From Rhizodiscina lignyota (taxonomy: Eukaryota): 64,000 bases of DNA. The notes under the pieces are model-generated. The model saw only the letters and a program-made list of their open reading frames with translations. It ran no database searches and had not been told where the DNA came from. Both the position numbers and the translations under genes were made by a program. Below, piece after piece: positions 48,389-59,745 of this stretch. The stretch lies in contig ML978125.1 of assembly GCA_010015805.1 (NCBI GenBank), forward strand, positions 186,001 through 250,000, given 5' to 3'. Each line of letters opens with the position of its first letter. The first letter of the stretch is position 1.

Positions 48389-49437
48389 GCGGACTCGAAC
48401 GACCCCCCTCGCTCCAGGTCTTTCTGTGCTACTCTTCACTTCACTTCACTTCAAGTGATGTGTTTTTACTGGGATTTCCCTTTTCCTTTGCAAAAGTTCG
48501 GGAACGCAATGATACCCGTGGCTGCCGACGGCGGCCCCTAGGTTGGATAAAAGTTTTGTGTACAATAGCAATGCATGACGACAACGTAAATACGGCCGGG
48601 ATGATGATTTCATGGATTTCTAGGATACGCGAATGAAAGTGGCAATGGCGCTGATATGCCTCTTTATTAATGTGCCGCGCCCATGTGTCTCGTCCATGTG
48701 CCTCGTCCATGAATGGAGTGAAGAAATTTTAACTGCCCCGACGAGCCGTCTCCGCTGGAGAAACTGACTTTACAACTGCTTCGCGTCCGCTACTCAACAC
48801 ACAGCTACTCTATCAGTGAACTTGTTATGGAATACGGGCAACTGAATCGACCGGAACAGTTCAGCAAATGCTGCTGCTGGCTCTGAGCAAGGGAATTGCT
48901 TTGTTCTACCGCTTTGCAATCTCCTTGTGCGTCCAGCACCGATGAGATGGTGTTGTATACCCTCTATAAGCTCGAGCCACTGTACGGGCGTTGCGGAAGA
49001 TGGCCTTCGATGCCGTCAATACCCTACTGATCTATCCATGCGTCGGTTCCAGAAGAGGGATGGAAAGGACTATACGTCAATGCTTTCTAGTGGTATAACT
49101 GTCGGGGTTGACATGTTATAGAATGAGTGCGACAACTTAACACGTAATATCGCCAAGTTGGAGGAAGGGTGGCTATTTATCGAACCGCATGCCAGTGACC
49201 CGGGTAAGCAGCACGGAAGCCTCGACACAGAATTGACAGTATTAGAGGAAACTCAATGAAGTGCAGGGCACAGTGTCAGAATAAAGCATCTATTGACAGG
49301 AAGTATGTATATATGAAATTATAAACGGCCACGACCGATCGGCTAGCCTGAACATGAACGCTCGAATCGCCCAACGCCTCGCCAAATCGCTTCCCAGACA
49401 AACGCCCAATAGCCAAAAGAGACAAGAAATAGCATCG

Positions 49438-51627
49438 TCACCAAGCCCAACTGCCCCTCCTCACAACCGTGCCCCAGCCGCCGCCATTCTGCCCATGCCA
49501 GCTAGGCTGCTGTCGCGCCCACTCCCTCACGTACAGCCTGAGCGCCCTCCACCGTGCGCAATGCTCTTCCCTGAACACTGGATCTCCATGCTCGTCCTCG
49601 CATCCAGGGCCACTTGCTTCCCCCAGGCGAATGTACCCTCTCGCGCCGGCGCCGACAATCGCGTCATCGGCTCTCAGCTCCTGCACGGAGATGCGCGAAA
49701 TCTTCGACAGCTCCAAGTCGTACTTCCTTGCCATGGACGGATATCCAAGCGAGAGGTAGTTGTACACCTGTGTGACGAAGGCGTCTGAGAACTCTGCGTC
49801 GATGGCCTGCTCGAACTCGAGCTTCTCTTCGAGGCTGCCCGAAACGCCAGAGTTCGACGGCGGCGGGCTGGGCGGAAGTTGGTGCGGGCCGCGAGTGTGC
49901 AAGGCGACATCGTGCGGGTCATCGAAGTTGACGTAGGGTGTCATGAGGCCGGTGGGACCGCGAGGGGGAGTGAGGCCGGTGCCTACGCAGCAGCCGGCCC
50001 AGAGACCTTTTTCTGGCTCGGGGGTCTCTTCGTCCCTCGACCAGAGGCTTGGACGGTCGCCGTTCTTTGGCTTGTTCCACAGATGACAGTCCTTGTTCTC
50101 GGCTTGGCTGGCTGCGTTACTTTGCTCAGTGAGATAGCACATGTCTTCGCGTAGTTTCTCGCTCCCTTGTGTCACGTCGAATCTGGCCGGCTCGGGGCTT
50201 GGACATCGCGGAAAGGTGATATCAGAACCGAGCATTGGTGGCCTCGCTCCATTTTGCATCTGCTTCAAGCCGTCCCTTTCCTGCTGCTCACCGATCATGT
50301 TCTTTCCTTCCAACGCAGCGGCGGATTGGTACAATTTCGCGGCAGCATCGCCCCACGGACCATTGGCAGAAGTCTTCTTCTGGAAGTCCCGCCAGGCCTC
50401 CTTTCTCTTACGTTCTGCCTCCTTCGCCGCGGCTTTGCCCTCGGCATGCTTCTGCAGCTCACGCAGCTCCCAATTGATCTTCATGAACTTGCCCGCTCCG
50501 CTGCTGTCTCCTTCTGCCACGCTCCACGTATCGCTCATGTACGAATCATCGTCTTCCTTATTGATGTAGTGATCTATCGGGTCGTGACGATCGTCGTTGG
50601 GGAAAGCAGCCAGGGCCTGGTCGCGCATCTGCCGCTCTGCAGCACGAGCAGCAAGCTCAAGGAAGTATCCACTGAAGCGATCGTCAACGCTCTCGCGCAC
50701 ACGTGTAGCATGCATATGCGAGGAAGACATATCCGATCCAATCGAGGGGGAGGTCGACAGCGAGGGGATGTTTGATTCGTCGTCATCGGAACGCTCGGAC
50801 TGGGAAGACTCAATTGGTGCCAGCTCAGGCACGTAGAAGGAGTGAGAGCGGTTGCTGTCACGAGAGGTCTGGCGCTTGGGCAAGGGCTTGCCCAGACGCC
50901 TAGCTTCAGCGGTATCCTCGCTGATCCTGGATCTGTACGGCGTATTATCGAGAGGATCCACATCATCCTCATCTGATCTACGATTGTAATGTTTTCTCAT
51001 GGAATGCTCTTCCGGCGTCGCCTCCGTGCGATCGCTGTGCAGCACAGCAGGTCCGACATCGCCGGCCTTCCGGGATCGCTGGGCGGTTTCGATGAGCTGC
51101 GGAGCAAACTTTCGAGTTGGCTTTTCGGCGGCATCTGAGTTGGCGTCATTAGCGCTCTTGCGCCTGTGTGCCTTCTCAGACGTCTCTAGGAGCTGTGGAG
51201 CGAAATGTGCACGCGGTTTGCCTTCCGTATGAGGGGAGGCCTTGTCCTTGCTGCTCACATGAGACGTCTCGACCGGCTGAGGAGCAAAACGACGTGGCTT
51301 TGCTTCCTTACCATTGTTGGCCTTGTGCTTGCTACCGACATGTGATGTCTCCACAGGTTCGACAGCGAACTTCCGAGGTTTCTTCTCGTTTACCGAGTCA
51401 ATTCCGTCCTTGCTGCTGGTATGGCTGGTTTCCACCGGCTCAACCGCAAATTTTCGGGGAGTTTTCTTAGAAGCATTCTCAGCATTATCCTCCGTTGGAT
51501 GCCTATGTTTGGAGCTCTTCGTAGAAGTCTCTACTGGTTCGGGTGCAAATCGTCGTGACGACGTCTTCGTGGTCGTCTCAAGGGGCTCGGGCTTGAATCG
51601 CCGTGGCGGTTGGGAGGAGGTAGACAT
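49438..51627 (-). CDS. Conserved fungal protein of unknown function with N-terminal (R/K)F-x-(P/V)-x-(P/L)-x-ET repeats
   Basis: 729-aa intronless ORF. Ordered C-terminal domain FVTQVYNYLSLGYPSMARKYDLELSKISRI...WRALRLYVREWARQ...RRGSWAW, plus PPMLG..I.FPRCPSPEPARFDVTQ. Confidence 0.88.
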   Translation of the reverse strand: MSTSSQPPRRFKPEPLETTTKTSSRRFAPEPVETSTKSSKHRHPTEDNAENASKKTPRKFAVEPVETSHTSSKDGIDSVNEKKPRKFAVEPVETSHVGSKHKANNGKEAKPRRFAPQPVETSHVSSKDKASPHTEGKPRAHFAPQLLETSEKAHRRKSANDANSDAAEKPTRKFAPQLIETAQRSRKAGDVGPAVLHSDRTEATPEEHSMRKHYNRRSDEDDVDPLDNTPYRSRISEDTAEARRLGKPLPKRQTSRDSNRSHSFYVPELAPIESSQSERSDDDESNIPSLSTSPSIGSDMSSSHMHATRVRESVDDRFSGYFLELAARAAERQMRDQALAAFPNDDRHDPIDHYINKEDDDSYMSDTWSVAEGDSSGAGKFMKINWELRELQKHAEGKAAAKEAERKRKEAWRDFQKKTSANGPWGDAAAKLYQSAAALEGKNMIGEQQERDGLKQMQNGARPPMLGSDITFPRCPSPEPARFDVTQGSEKLREDMCYLTEQSNAASQAENKDCHLWNKPKNGDRPSLWSRDEETPEPEKGLWAGCCVGTGLTPPRGPTGLMTPYVNFDDPHDVALHTRGPHQLPPSPPPSNSGVSGSLEEKLEFEQAIDAEFSDAFVTQVYNYLSLGYPSMARKYDLELSKISRISVQELRADDAIVGAGARGYIRLGEASGPGCEDEHGDPVFREEHCARWRALRLYVREWARQQPSWHGQNGGGWGTVVRRGSWAW

Positions 51628-53814
51628 TCCCTTCAGGGACCGTCGGTGGTTTCCGAGGAAGCGCGTGCGTGTACGCGTGAGGGACTGTCATGGACTTGCG
51701 GAAGGGAGTGGAAGGGGGCCCGACCAGGGCAGTTGAGCTCAGATACTTAGTTCTGTCGTTGAGTCGGGGTGCCGTTATGGCTGAGATTGCTGCCGTGAAG
51801 CAGCAGTTTGAGTGCAGAAAAAGTGCCTTCTAAGGTGAGAATGCCAGAGAGCTGCCAGAGCGTAAACAGAGCAGGTCCAGGCCGTTAGAGATCCGCTGAC
51901 GGTTTGTGGGGAAGGATGCAAGATATGTGACGTTGCGGGGTATAGCGTGCGGAAGAAGTCGGAAGCGCAGTGGCCTTCCTGCAGACTGCGCGTCGATTGA
52001 CTCAGATATTGGTCAATTTCCCCTGGCCCTGCTCTCAGCACGAGGCGGGTATCGTGGTGGTGTGAGAAGAGGGCGGATTGAAGGAGGTTGGATGTTGGTC
52101 GGATAGGGGACGCTCCCGTCTTGATCAAAGGGACGGGAGGGTGGCTGCAGCGCGAGACCCCACGTCAGAGGTTCTCTTGCAGCAGCTGCTGGAAAAAATT
52201 AGGGCGCGAAAATAAGCAACGCCGTTCGATTATAAAGATAATTAGACAGCAAAACTCGAGAAAGACGGCGAGCGGCTGTTGATATGCCAAATCGTGGTGA
52301 ATGGGAGGAGAGCAACGCGTGTATCTTGTGGAACGCTCCGACTTTGGCCGCGAGCAGTCATTAATTATGAGGCTGAGGATCAAGCAAGGACACCGCGCGA
52401 TGATCTGTGCATGTGAAGCTTTCGAGAAGGATGCCACATTCAGACGAGCCCGAAATTCTCTCACCTGTGGCCCCGAGGGGAGAGTGGATGGCCGATATGC
52501 GAGAGGCTGTCGCTGGCAGTTGGGCTAAATGATGTATTTCTCTTATCCCTGAGCCGATTTTCCTGTTGGTGTTCTAGAATTGGTCGACACGACTGGGAAG
52601 CGCTGTTGAGGCTGCTAGAGGAACAGCAGCGCTCTCCAGCAGAGCTTGTTGAGACGCTTCCCAGACTACGGTTGTGGAATGCTTTATAAAGCGGGTCGGC
52701 CTGCTGACTTCTCCAACATCTCTCCCAAACAGTTGAAATCGACTTCCTCTGGGCCTGTCGGGCTGCGTGATTAGCTGCTGCCTCACTGCATCTTCGTGCT
52801 TAGGCTTTGTATGCAGGCTGCTCCTTGTCGAATGTCGATTCGCTTGGCCTTCGCCTATGGCCACAGTACACGAAGTCTCGACCTTTACGACGGTACTTTA
52901 TATTCATTTATTTCCTCATTAAGTCTTTCAAAAATCGTCACCAGACCTGAGCTCCCAGCGCTTCTGAAAGTCAGCTGCTATTCCTTGTACTACGTCGCTG
53001 AGGACGGTGTCTACCTTCGCTGCTCTCCGCTCTCCGGGGACATCAGCGACATTATCGTATGTTCATGCAAGTTCTGAGTAACTACTGTACGCTGTTTGCA
53101 AGCAGCAAACTGTACACCCCACAATTCAGCCGCATGGTCATTGCTCGTCTGCCCGTTCGCGTGGCTCTCTCGTGGCTGGCCGCTCTCCTTAGCACCAACC
53201 TTGCAACCCACACAGCTTTGCTCACGCGCCTCTCTCATGTCCTCCCCCCAAGCTATACTGCGATCAACGTATGGCAAAAATGCCTCACAGATTCTCCTCT
53301 CGTAACTTTACCGCCGTCGCCGAGCTCACTGCTGAGATATAGATATACAATTTCTCTCGTTACTGCTGTTTTACAAAGTCTGGCGGTGAACGCGTGCATC
53401 GCTGACGCGCTGTGCGAACGCCACCCACATGCGCGGCATGCATGCCTTTCTACTCTAACCCATGCCGCACACGATTTTCCGAGACAAAAACTCCACAAAA
53501 TGCATCAAAGTCCGATGAATCTATGTCGGACTCCGACGCCTACCATGCAAAATATCGGGCACTTACGGAAGCAAGAGCGCCACGAATGCCTCTGTGTTTT
53601 TTCTTCTCAGCCAGGATCACCAACGCCAAAACACCGCCGTATGGTCATCGAGTCGAAGCGAGTGCGATACTCGATAATGTCGCTGAGATGCAGCGACGCG
53701 TCGTCGGTCGTATCAAAAACATCCAAAATCCAAGAAACGCCGTACTCCGGAACCTGCGGAAACGCCAGAAGGAGTGTCTTTTTATTTCAATTTAGTAAAC
53801 GCTCTCCGATGCTT

Positions 53815-54576
53815 TCAGCAGAAGTCTTCGTCTCGAAGATTTGCTGGGTATGGAGAGTGCTGCATCTCTGAGTTGCCCATAAGAAGCTCGCTAAGGGCTC
53901 CATGGCTGCTCGGATCTCCAGTACGAGATGGACAGCCACAGAAGTATTGTCCGTTCTTGAAATCTTGATCAATCCACTCGCCTGCTTGGTCATGGACTTC
54001 GCCGGGAGAGTGACTTCCTCCGTTAGCGGCGATGACTGGGCAGCTTTGAGAGCTGAGTATGTCTGTCGTTGGTGCCTGTGTGGCCATCGACGGGCAGCGA
54101 GTATTGTTGTAGCGCAGCTCCAGTGAGAATCGATATGAGAATCCACCGTCAGTTGAAGATTGCCAGTCTTGGTTCCTTAGAATGAAGTCACCATTCGGGA
54201 GGACGTCCCAAGGTCCAGGGCCGCGACGACGACGACGAGAGGCTATCACCGAAGGAGGAGCAGATTTAGCTTTTGGAGAATCGACAGGAAGGCCGAGAAG
54301 ATGTTCTGGACGCTGCCCACAGCAATGGCAGCACTTCACTGCGCCGTCAATGTTGAGCTGGACTGACGCTCTATGTTGGAGCTCGTCCATGTTCGAAGAC
54401 GGCTGAGTGATTTGTGCGCTATCTTTGCTGCTGCTGCCGCCGTCTCCATCAGTGCCGCCACAGATGCATGTACCGCAACCAGAGTAGCGGCCGGCCACAG
54501 TTGTGTTTAGCTGTGGTTTTTGACATGGGCGAGGACAAGGCGGTGGAGCCCCTGCGTGTGAAGGATTGTCCGGCAT
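53815..54576 (-). CDS. Orphan ORF, 253 aa, with Cys-rich patches
   Basis: ATG-initiated ORF with an AT-rich upstream region; no recognisable domain. Confidence 0.3.
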   Translation of the reverse strand: MPDNPSHAGAPPPCPRPCQKPQLNTTVAGRYSGCGTCICGGTDGDGGSSSKDSAQITQPSSNMDELQHRASVQLNIDGAVKCCHCCGQRPEHLLGLPVDSPKAKSAPPSVIASRRRRRGPGPWDVLPNGDFILRNQDWQSSTDGGFSYRFSLELRYNNTRCPSMATQAPTTDILSSQSCPVIAANGGSHSPGEVHDQAGEWIDQDFKNGQYFCGCPSRTGDPSSHGALSELLMGNSEMQHSPYPANLRDEDFC

Positions 54577-57500
54577 TGTCGAGGTCTGTTAGATCCAATT
54601 TAAGGAAGAAGACTAATGAACAATTAGGAGATTTTTGAGGACGAGTATGGGACTGGAACTACAGCATACCAGCGATAATGACGAATATATGCCTGGGTCC
54701 GAATGCGAATTTATCGATTGAAGAGTTCCTATACTCGAAAGACTGGGATATGTTGAATCAGACACGGACACTAGGAGGGGTGACGCAATAAAGGGGCGAG
54801 CCTACCTATCCACCGGTCCCACCCACGTCCCCAGAAGATGGGAATGTGGAGAAATCGATAGCTGCTATAGCTACAGCTACAGCTCCAGCTGCAGCGCGGG
54901 ATGCCGAGAACCTTGCGGGGTTGATCACTTGCGCGCGCCACAAAAATTTCAAACGGGACAGAGACCAAGTATAATAAATATTTCGACGTTGATTACTCGT
55001 AAAGAGCTGGAGAGATGGACAAGACAATCAATTCGACAGTGTGAGACGAGCCGATGTTCTAATATTCCCCAGGTGACCAGAATAGCGCCGCGCAATGGCC
55101 CCGTTACATACGCCGATGAGTTGTTCGACAAACGTTAGTCATGCGGTTCTGACAGCTCGGTGACCATGTTTCATCCAATGCTTCAAGCAGGGCTAAGGAG
55201 GCCCTGTGAGCAGCAGCAGTATAGCCACGACCGCTGGAGTTCCCATGACACGGCGGCTCGCGCCCCGGTGCATATTAGGATTGATCAAGGAAATCGTCCA
55301 GTGGGATCGTTTCGCGGAGCTATGCAATCCGGATGGAATATGCAATTGGAAGTCCAGATGCTGTCCACGAGCCCTCAATCTTCATGTTCCGAACCTTACC
55401 GCCTAAAAGCCGCACGTCTGGGGAGGCTGTGGCCGCAGATCGAACGAACTATTCACGCATATTTGTCTCACGTCGTACCACGACAGGTACAGGCACAGGG
55501 CGATGATCAAGACAAGTTGCAATTGGAAATCGTCTTTCACGAATCTCTGGAAAACTTGCCCGTCGGCCCGGAGGAAACATAGTACCAACACTGACTGGTG
55601 TCACACATACTGCATACGGAATGCTTTCCGCATCCACTCTCCCAAATCGGCGTGGCACGAACGTGGGCAGTTCTTGAAGCGCGGGAGCAAATTCAATTTG
55701 CCAACCGGCCCTTTTCGAGACCTGCGCTTGTCGAATCGTGTCAATTGACGTGCGCTCGGTCTCGTATAAGGCCACAAGGGTGCAAGGAATAATCCGCCGA
55801 GGCAAGTCAGCTACTCAAAACGGTGGTTTGCATTTTCGCAACCACTGAAGTTGCCTGGAAAGCTCGGACCGACAAGAACTTTTTTCTGCATCGCCGTGAG
55901 GTCATACATCACATGCTCTCTCCTCTGTTTCGCCATCCTCTTTAGTCTTGGGCTATTTCCTGTGGATGACACTCCGATGCTGATCCGCCAAAGTAGAGCG
56001 TGGGCAATGTTCCGTACCCTTCTCTGACCGGAATCGCTTTCTTCTAATTTCACAACGATCAATTCAGGCCGGAACAGCCCATCTTTATCTCTGCTTCGAA
56101 GACCGAACTCCCACGCCGGAGCCCGCCGATTGCCGCTCCATCGAATGCGTTCAAAGCCGTAGGATTCCAAGTCGTGCAGTTCAGCTCGCTTGATGGGGCT
56201 TGGCACACCGAGGCACGATTCGCATACCTTGCAATCCGAATTTCGAAAATTTATCGCCCGACTCCTCGATTGAATGCACAGGATGTCATGGACTGTAGTC
56301 CACAGCCTTACTGTGATGTGCAGTCCCCTGCATCTGCCAGTCTTACGCTGATGCTGAACACGTACGCTTCCGGTAGAGACTTATGCACAGCTCATTCGCT
56401 TAACCGTCGCGAGAATACTGCAGCACCAGCCGAATCATCGGAGAAAAGAGGATTACCCACGCGGAACGAAGCCTCAACCCACGCCCCACGGAAACACAGC
56501 CTAGCCATTAATCCAATGGCTTGAGCCTGACGGCTGGCTGCAGCGCGGCCTCCGGGCCGGCGATGGAAAGATCTTGCCGGCGCTGCAAACCCTGGCAACG
56601 TTCTTTTTAAGAGCCTCAAAACTGTCCACGAGATCGAAATCCCAGCCTGCAGATGCATGCGTCCCATACCCGACATATGCCGGAAGGATCTCGCATAGCC
56701 AGATTTCCCGTCTGCATATCAAAGCATTCCAGAAACTAGGTATAGGTGCGGATGCCATCCCATTCGTTACTCGGTCATGCTCAAATCTTCGCACTCTGCA
56801 ACAAGTCACAGCAGCACGCAATGACGGATCTGCTCGGCCCAGTCTGTATTTTATCACCTCTAAGCGAGGCAATTCTGCGGAATCCGGGAAGCACAGGAAG
56901 CTATTCCTACTGGTTCATTCACATCGCTTAAATTTTCACCGTTGAATCATGAATAGCGACATCTGTGAAGTTATTCACTCATTGCGCGCGATCAACTCCT
57001 CGCCCGGCCTGGACCAGACGCGATGCATTCTCGGATGAGTCGTATCAGTTGATAGGAGAGCCCAGCTGCAAGGTAGCTAAAAAGGGAAATCAATAGGGAA
57101 CTGACCGTTAAAGATTATAGTGATGACTTCATTCGAGCGGTGAAGGAACTTTGCAACGGTCGCTTCTGTGACTTGTGGTTACAAAGAACACGACTCTACC
57201 AATGTCATCAACGTTTTCCGAACGTATGTCGCTACGTGGCAATGTCCGTCTAAGCAACTGAACAGTTAAAGGATCATCGGACATAAGAGGTTGGCAAACC
57301 ATACTTCAGATACTCTTGACTTTGTACCCATAGTGGAAATTCGGAGAAAAGTGTAGTCAATGCGCAGGATCGACGAAACGTGGCCGGTAAAGTAGTCAAA
57401 ACAACAATTTGCATAGGAGAAAGGGGACAGGACAGATGAGTCTCTGAGATGATTGGGAGACTGCATGTTCAAGCAACGCCAATTTAGAAAGACTGCAAAA

Positions 57501-57953
57501 TGTACAGTCAGCTTCTGCAAGAACTTTCTCGATGGTTTCAACAACGTCGAGAACACAAGGTGTTGTAGCCTCAAAGCTTCCCTCCGGCTCCTTGGTAAAC
57601 AAAGAGACAACTTGAACCGCACCAACCTACTCAACAAAGCAGATACATCTTTTGCCACTCACTTTGCCATAATTCATACCAGCTCACTCATCAGAATTGA
57701 ATTACTGGTCTGTGGTCACGTGCAATAGTCGTCATTCTGACGATCCTTGGCAGGGGCATACAGGTGAGGCAGGGAAAGGTTCCTGTTACATACCTTGTAT
57801 TGTTTGCTAATAATACAGTGGCACTACAGGTATGTCGTAACGTTGACGATAATGTTTTAAGCTGTTGTCCGATCCCGAAAACCTCATATTAATGACAATG
57901 TCAAGCAACTCTCCCATTATACGAGAGTATGCCATGCATCATCACAACCAGCA

Positions 57954-59384
57954 ATGCCGCCGACTTACAATGACCACAATCCCAAAAAGTTAAATACTGG
58001 GAGGCTCAACATCCTCCTCTCGAATGGTCGATTCCCCGTTTCGCTTGACCTTGCGCGTCAGCTCCACCATGCCGGACACAGGGTCTTCACTGTCGACCCA
58101 ATGGAATTCCATATCTGCAAGTTTTCCATGGCCGTCAAGCGAAGTTGGCAGACTCCGGCGCCTTTTGAGGATCCCGAGGGCTACATCGAGGCCGTGAAAA
58201 AAGTAATCCGCAAAGCAGACATCGACATGATTATTCCGATCCACGAGGAGCTTTTCTACCTGGCTGAATCTCGCGAGCCCGAGATCACGGAGAGGTTGTT
58301 TGCAGGACCATTTCTGGAGTTATATCAGATGCATAACAAGTGGGAGTTCAGTGAAACCCTCGGACGCTATGGCCTCGACAGGCCTGAAGCCTCGCTGTGC
58401 TCGACCCGCGAGGACGTGGAGAAATTGGACAAAAGCAGAGAGTGGGCGCTGAAGCCAGTTCTCGGCCGCTCCTCTACTGGCGTCCACCATCTCAAGTTCA
58501 ATGAGCCAATCGACTGGGACAATATCCCCCTTTCCCCGGAGAACCCGCACATTGCACAAGAGTGGCTCAAAGGCAACCGCTATTGCACTTACGGTGTCTT
58601 TCGTAGCGGCAACGTCCAGGCTTTCGTTACCTATCCTGTTCTCGAGACCATCGACGGCTCCTCAGCAGTTTATTTCCAAGCAACAGAGCACGAGAAGATT
58701 AAGGACTATGTCATGAAGCTAGCTAAAGAATTGCGGCTGACCGGACAGTTTGCCTTTGATTTCATCGAAACGGGCGTTGAGGAAGGCGAGATCCGCAAAA
58801 GTCTACGTGGCAAGTACAGATACCTCGGTCGACGAAAACGCCGTCGAATGCGTGAGGAAAGAGAGCAAGATGAAGAAAAGGCAATACGGCGGAGAGACTC
58901 GGCGGAGGGAAGCACCACATCGGATGATCAGCATCGCATCGTAGCCATTGAATGCAATCCACGAGCAACGTCGGGGATCCATCTCTGGTCCAGGACACCT
59001 AAGCTCGCCGTCGCCATCACAGACACGTCATGCTCCCTGGAAGAGCTCGCGGCACGGCCTGGCGTCGCGAGGCAGACAGCGCCAGGAATGTTCATGTGGG
59101 AACACAAACGTGCAAACGCACGCCGCTACTTTCAGCATATGTCGCGTCTGCTCTGCACTAGAGATGTCATTTGGAGCGGGCGCGATTTCATAACTGTCCT
59201 TATGCAGCCGTTTTTGCTGGCGAGCTATTATCGGATTGCTCATGATATGGGCGGTATACCGCTGGCGGAAATGTTTCAGAGTCAGCTCCTGTGGACCCCA
59301 GGTATGTTCGGCGAGAGCAAACGGTTGGAATTGGAGGGGAAGCAAGTGGGAAAGCTGGTTAAGGAGTGGGTGCCCAAGGTGTAA
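57954..59384 (+). CDS. ATP-grasp ligase-like protein, intronless
   Basis: NILLSNGRFPVSLDLARQLHHAGHRV, IDMIIPIHEE, MHNKWEF, WALKPVLGRSS, IAQEWLKG, GQFAFDFIE and AIECNPRATSG are ATP-grasp motifs. Confidence 0.9.
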   Translation: MPPTYNDHNPKKLNTGRLNILLSNGRFPVSLDLARQLHHAGHRVFTVDPMEFHICKFSMAVKRSWQTPAPFEDPEGYIEAVKKVIRKADIDMIIPIHEELFYLAESREPEITERLFAGPFLELYQMHNKWEFSETLGRYGLDRPEASLCSTREDVEKLDKSREWALKPVLGRSSTGVHHLKFNEPIDWDNIPLSPENPHIAQEWLKGNRYCTYGVFRSGNVQAFVTYPVLETIDGSSAVYFQATEHEKIKDYVMKLAKELRLTGQFAFDFIETGVEEGEIRKSLRGKYRYLGRRKRRRMREEREQDEEKAIRRRDSAEGSTTSDDQHRIVAIECNPRATSGIHLWSRTPKLAVAITDTSCSLEELAARPGVARQTAPGMFMWEHKRANARRYFQHMSRLLCTRDVIWSGRDFITVLMQPFLLASYYRIAHDMGGIPLAEMFQSQLLWTPGMFGESKRLELEGKQVGKLVKEWVPKV

Positions 59385-59745
59385 TGAATGGATTCGAATG
59401 TAGAGAAATGAGATGGGCCCATGTAATGCAGTCCTTAATACACTCGAGCTTGACTAGCTACGTTGAGCAAAAATAAGGAGAAGAACAACCGTCAACGGTC
59501 CCTCGTTATTCGAACTGCTTATTACTACACCGTCTCGGACAGTTCACCACCGTCCGATGCGGGTAGAAGCCTCGAGTACAGTGACTGACCATATCAATCA
59601 AGCGCCACCAAGCATTGTCGCCAACGGCATCGTGATGCCTTCGACCACATCCGTAGAACTCCACCTGTTAATCAAACCACGCATAAAGAATCCCAATTCC
59701 TATCCCCACTCCCGTTTGCTCCAGTGCCAACACCAACACCCTTCA

